This document shows positions 23,708 to 25,953 of a stretch of 25,953 nt of DNA, one piece after another (the stretch's first letter is position 1; the number at the start of each line of letters is the position of its first letter). The translations under genes were made by a program, and so were the position numbers. The notes below the pieces were generated by a model that saw only the letters and a program-made list of their open reading frames with translations, was not told where the DNA came from and did no database searches. Source of the DNA: a virus. Lineage: Duplodnaviria; Caudoviricetes. The stretch lies in IMG/VR virus record IMGVR_UViG_3300032253_000143, positions 1-25,953 of that record; one strand, given 5' to 3'.

Positions 23708-25552
23708 ATGTCAGCCGCATTACAAAAACTTAATTTTATTGTATCGATGATCGACAAAGTCTCTAGCCCTGCTGGAAAGATGATGAAGAAAATGGATACG
23801 GTAACAACAAGTATTCAATCTGGCTATCAGAAAATTGGGTATGGTGCGGCTGGTTTAGTTGGTGCAGGTTATTCATTAGAACGTCTTCTTGAACCAGCCA
23901 AAGAAATGCGTACTGCACTTGGAACTATAAGTAGTCTCGGCGTTGAACAAACTGCTTTAGCAAGTTTGAGAAAAGAGGCTCAACGTACCGCTGTTGAATT
24001 TGGCGGTGATGCTATCGAAATTATTACCGCAAGTTATAAATTACAAAGTGCGATTAGCGGTATAAAAGGAAATGAGTTGGGCATGTTGGTTAACAAATCA
24101 ACTTTACTTGCAACCGCAACAAAAGGTTCGCTCGAATCCACCAATGCCTACGTTGGACAAATGTTTAATATTCATGAACTTAATGCGAAAGCAATAGGCA
24201 AAACCGCATTTATGGATGAGCTCATTAGTAAAACAGCCAAAGCAGTTCAGTTATTTAATACTGATGGTGAAAAAATGGGTGAAGCCATGAAAAATATAGG
24301 CAAGCAAGCCACGGCAATGAAAGTGCCGCTAGGTGAGCAGCTTGCTGTTATGGGTTTTCTTCAGAACACAATGATAGAAGGTAGCCGAAGTGGTACGGCT
24401 TATCTTTCTTTCCTCTCTAATATTGGCAAAGCAGAAACAACACTAGGTATGAAGTTCACCAATTCTCAGGGTGCCGTATTACCGATGGTCGATATTATTG
24501 CAAAACTTGAAGCTAAGTTTGGTGACTTAAGTAAGGCAGCAGACCAAGGAAAACTTCAAAAAGCATTTGGCAAACGAGGACAAGCTGTTATCTCTGCGAT
24601 GGCGGGGAGCATGGGAACTTTCTCAGGACATTTAGATAAAATAAATAAAGCTAATGGTTTGGATGACATAATGAAAATGGCTCAAGAAATTAGAGACCCA
24701 TGGGACAAATCTGCTGCTGCGGTGAATAATTTCAGAGTGAACTTTGGCGAAAAATTACTTGTTTACATGATTCCTGTTTACAACAAAATAACTGAAATAA
24801 CATCGACGATGACAAAATGGATGGATATGTTTCCTAACCTCACAGGTTGGATTGCTAAAGGAACATTAACAATAATCAGTTTGATTGCAGCAATGTCTCT
24901 TTTATCTATAGCTGTTGGAGTTAACAAGTTTTTAATGGTTGGGTGGGGAGTCGCTTTTTCAACCTTAAAATTTGCTTTTATTGCAATGAAGTTTTCACTG
25001 TTAACAGTAATACCTGCTGTTTGGGGATTTACTTCAGCTTTACTGGCTAACCCGATCACTTGGATTGTACTTGGTGTTACTGCTTTGATAGCTGTGATTA
25101 TTGCCGCTGTTGTTTATTGGAAAGAATGGACAACTGTTATTTTTAATTTTGGATCTAGATTTTTAGAAATGATTGGCATATTTGCTGCGGTTGAAGGTGC
25201 GCTTATTGTTTGGGATACACTAAAACAATGGTGGACACAATTTGCCGCCTGGCTTGGCAGCCTAAACCCTTTTTCTTTTATCGGAGAAGGCATCGATTGG
25301 CTTATTGATAAAATCAATTTAATACCGGGTATTGATATTAGCACAGCGACCGACGCACCCAAGCCTATAGCTGCCCCTGCAAGTTTAAATCCTAATGTCT
25401 CTCGAGGTAACCAGGGAGGTGTAATTAATCAAATTAGCAATGCGAGCAACGCGAATAGTAGCCGTTCTATTGGTGATGTGCATGTGAACAACTATGGGCA
25501 GCCTATGAACGGCCAAACTTTACGCGATGAAATGGAGTTTGCAGCAGGTTAA
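23708..25552 (+). CDS. Tail tape measure protein
   Basis: KLNFIVSMIDKVSSP start, ASYKLQSAISG, EQLAVMG.LQ core and a hydrophobic ALLANPITWIV C-terminal region. Synteny. Confidence 0.93.
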   Translation: MSAALQKLNFIVSMIDKVSSPAGKMMKKMDTVTTSIQSGYQKIGYGAAGLVGAGYSLERLLEPAKEMRTALGTISSLGVEQTALASLRKEAQRTAVEFGGDAIEIITASYKLQSAISGIKGNELGMLVNKSTLLATATKGSLESTNAYVGQMFNIHELNAKAIGKTAFMDELISKTAKAVQLFNTDGEKMGEAMKNIGKQATAMKVPLGEQLAVMGFLQNTMIEGSRSGTAYLSFLSNIGKAETTLGMKFTNSQGAVLPMVDIIAKLEAKFGDLSKAADQGKLQKAFGKRGQAVISAMAGSMGTFSGHLDKINKANGLDDIMKMAQEIRDPWDKSAAAVNNFRVNFGEKLLVYMIPVYNKITEITSTMTKWMDMFPNLTGWIAKGTLTIISLIAAMSLLSIAVGVNKFLMVGWGVAFSTLKFAFIAMKFSLLTVIPAVWGFTSALLANPITWIVLGVTALIAVIIAAVVYWKEWTTVIFNFGSRFLEMIGIFAAVEGALIVWDTLKQWWTQFAAWLGSLNPFSFIGEGIDWLIDKINLIPGIDISTATDAPKPIAAPASLNPNVSRGNQGGVINQISNASNANSSRSIGDVHVNNYGQPMNGQTLRDEMEFAAG

Positions 25553-25554
25553 TA

Positions 25555-25878
25555 ATGGCTGATTACGTTGATATTAAAATTACCGATGATGACCTAACAC
25601 AAGATGTAGGCGGTGAACCAGAGCTGATATATGACGCAGATTGTATTACGCAAGATATTAAGCATTTGGTGCGTGATAGTGGTTTGCTTGTTGAAATTAT
25701 TGGTCAGCGAAATGATGTGGTTGTTCAAGAAAAACTACAACAGCTAACTTTGCTCATCGAAGATGATGAGAGGCTGATACCTGGTACTGTAGATATTACA
25801 CAAGAATCTCTGGGTGTTTTTTTTATTGTTGCTACAACTTATAAATATGGAAAAACAAGTTTAAAAGTGAATGTTTAA
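25555..25878 (+). CDS. Baseplate wedge protein (HP1-type, DUF2590-like)
   Basis: YVDIKI.DDD, ITQDIKH.VRDSGL, IEDDERLIPGT, ATTY.YG. Confidence 0.87.
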   Translation: MADYVDIKITDDDLTQDVGGEPELIYDADCITQDIKHLVRDSGLLVEIIGQRNDVVVQEKLQQLTLLIEDDERLIPGTVDITQESLGVFFIVATTYKYGKTSLKVNV

Positions 25879-25953
25879 ATGGCCGATGTTGATTTTAAAA
25901 AAATATTAAAAGATGAAGGTATTCCTACCACGCAAGAAGAGCTTGATGCTCAG
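25879..25953 (+). CDS. Baseplate J-like protein, N-terminus (partial)
   Basis: MADVDFKKILKDEGIPTTQEELDAQ directly after the DUF2590-like gene, as in HP1-like phages. Confidence 0.75.
   Translation, partial: MADVDFKKILKDEGIPTTQEELDAQ

Larger units (their letters stand above)
880..25953. mobile_element. P2/HP1-like (Peduoviridae-type) prophage, left ~25 kb; continues beyond the window
   Basis: Integrase next to the tRNA 3' end, followed by repressor switch, replication gene, ogr, P2-type portal/terminase/scaffold/capsid and HP1-type tail genes in the expected order. The exact att core cannot be defined because attR is not in the window. Confidence 0.96.

Noticed and set aside
12791-25362. Numerous 60-150 aa alternate-frame or antisense ORFs within head and tail genes
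   Set aside because: They overlap well-supported structural genes and show no RBS or motif support, unlike the embedded Rz1-like ORF.

Overview
Gammaproteobacterial chromosome segment. The first ~0.9 kb is host backbone: the pheT 3' end, ihfA, a MerR-family regulator and tRNA-Pro(GGG). The rest is the left ~25 kb of a P2/HP1-like (Peduoviridae-type) prophage, apparently integrated at that tRNA. In order it carries a tyrosine integrase, an iteron-like repeat array, an XRE repressor with a divergent RHH-like gene, and an early operon with a Zn-finger/TOPRIM/P-loop primase-helicase in place of a P2 gpA rolling-circle protein. Next come many small accessory genes (J-domain protein, secreted thermonuclease and others), ogr, P2-type head genes (Q,P,O,N,M,L equivalents), HP1-type tail genes, a lysis cassette, the tape measure gene and the start of the baseplate. 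attR and the tail fibre genes lie beyond the window. Four features stand out. (1) A 59-bp integron attC-like site closes a cassette-like ORF inside the early operon, with a possible second degenerate cassette and no IntI in the window. (2) A 347-bp symmetric GTTACA/TGTAAC array sits between int and the repressor operon and is a candidate replication origin. (3) An operator-like motif is shared between the immunity region and both late promoters. (4) The lysin slot holds an L,D-transpeptidase-motif protein, followed by a spanin with a fully embedded Rz1-like gene. All family calls are from motif recognition and synteny by eye, not database searches.
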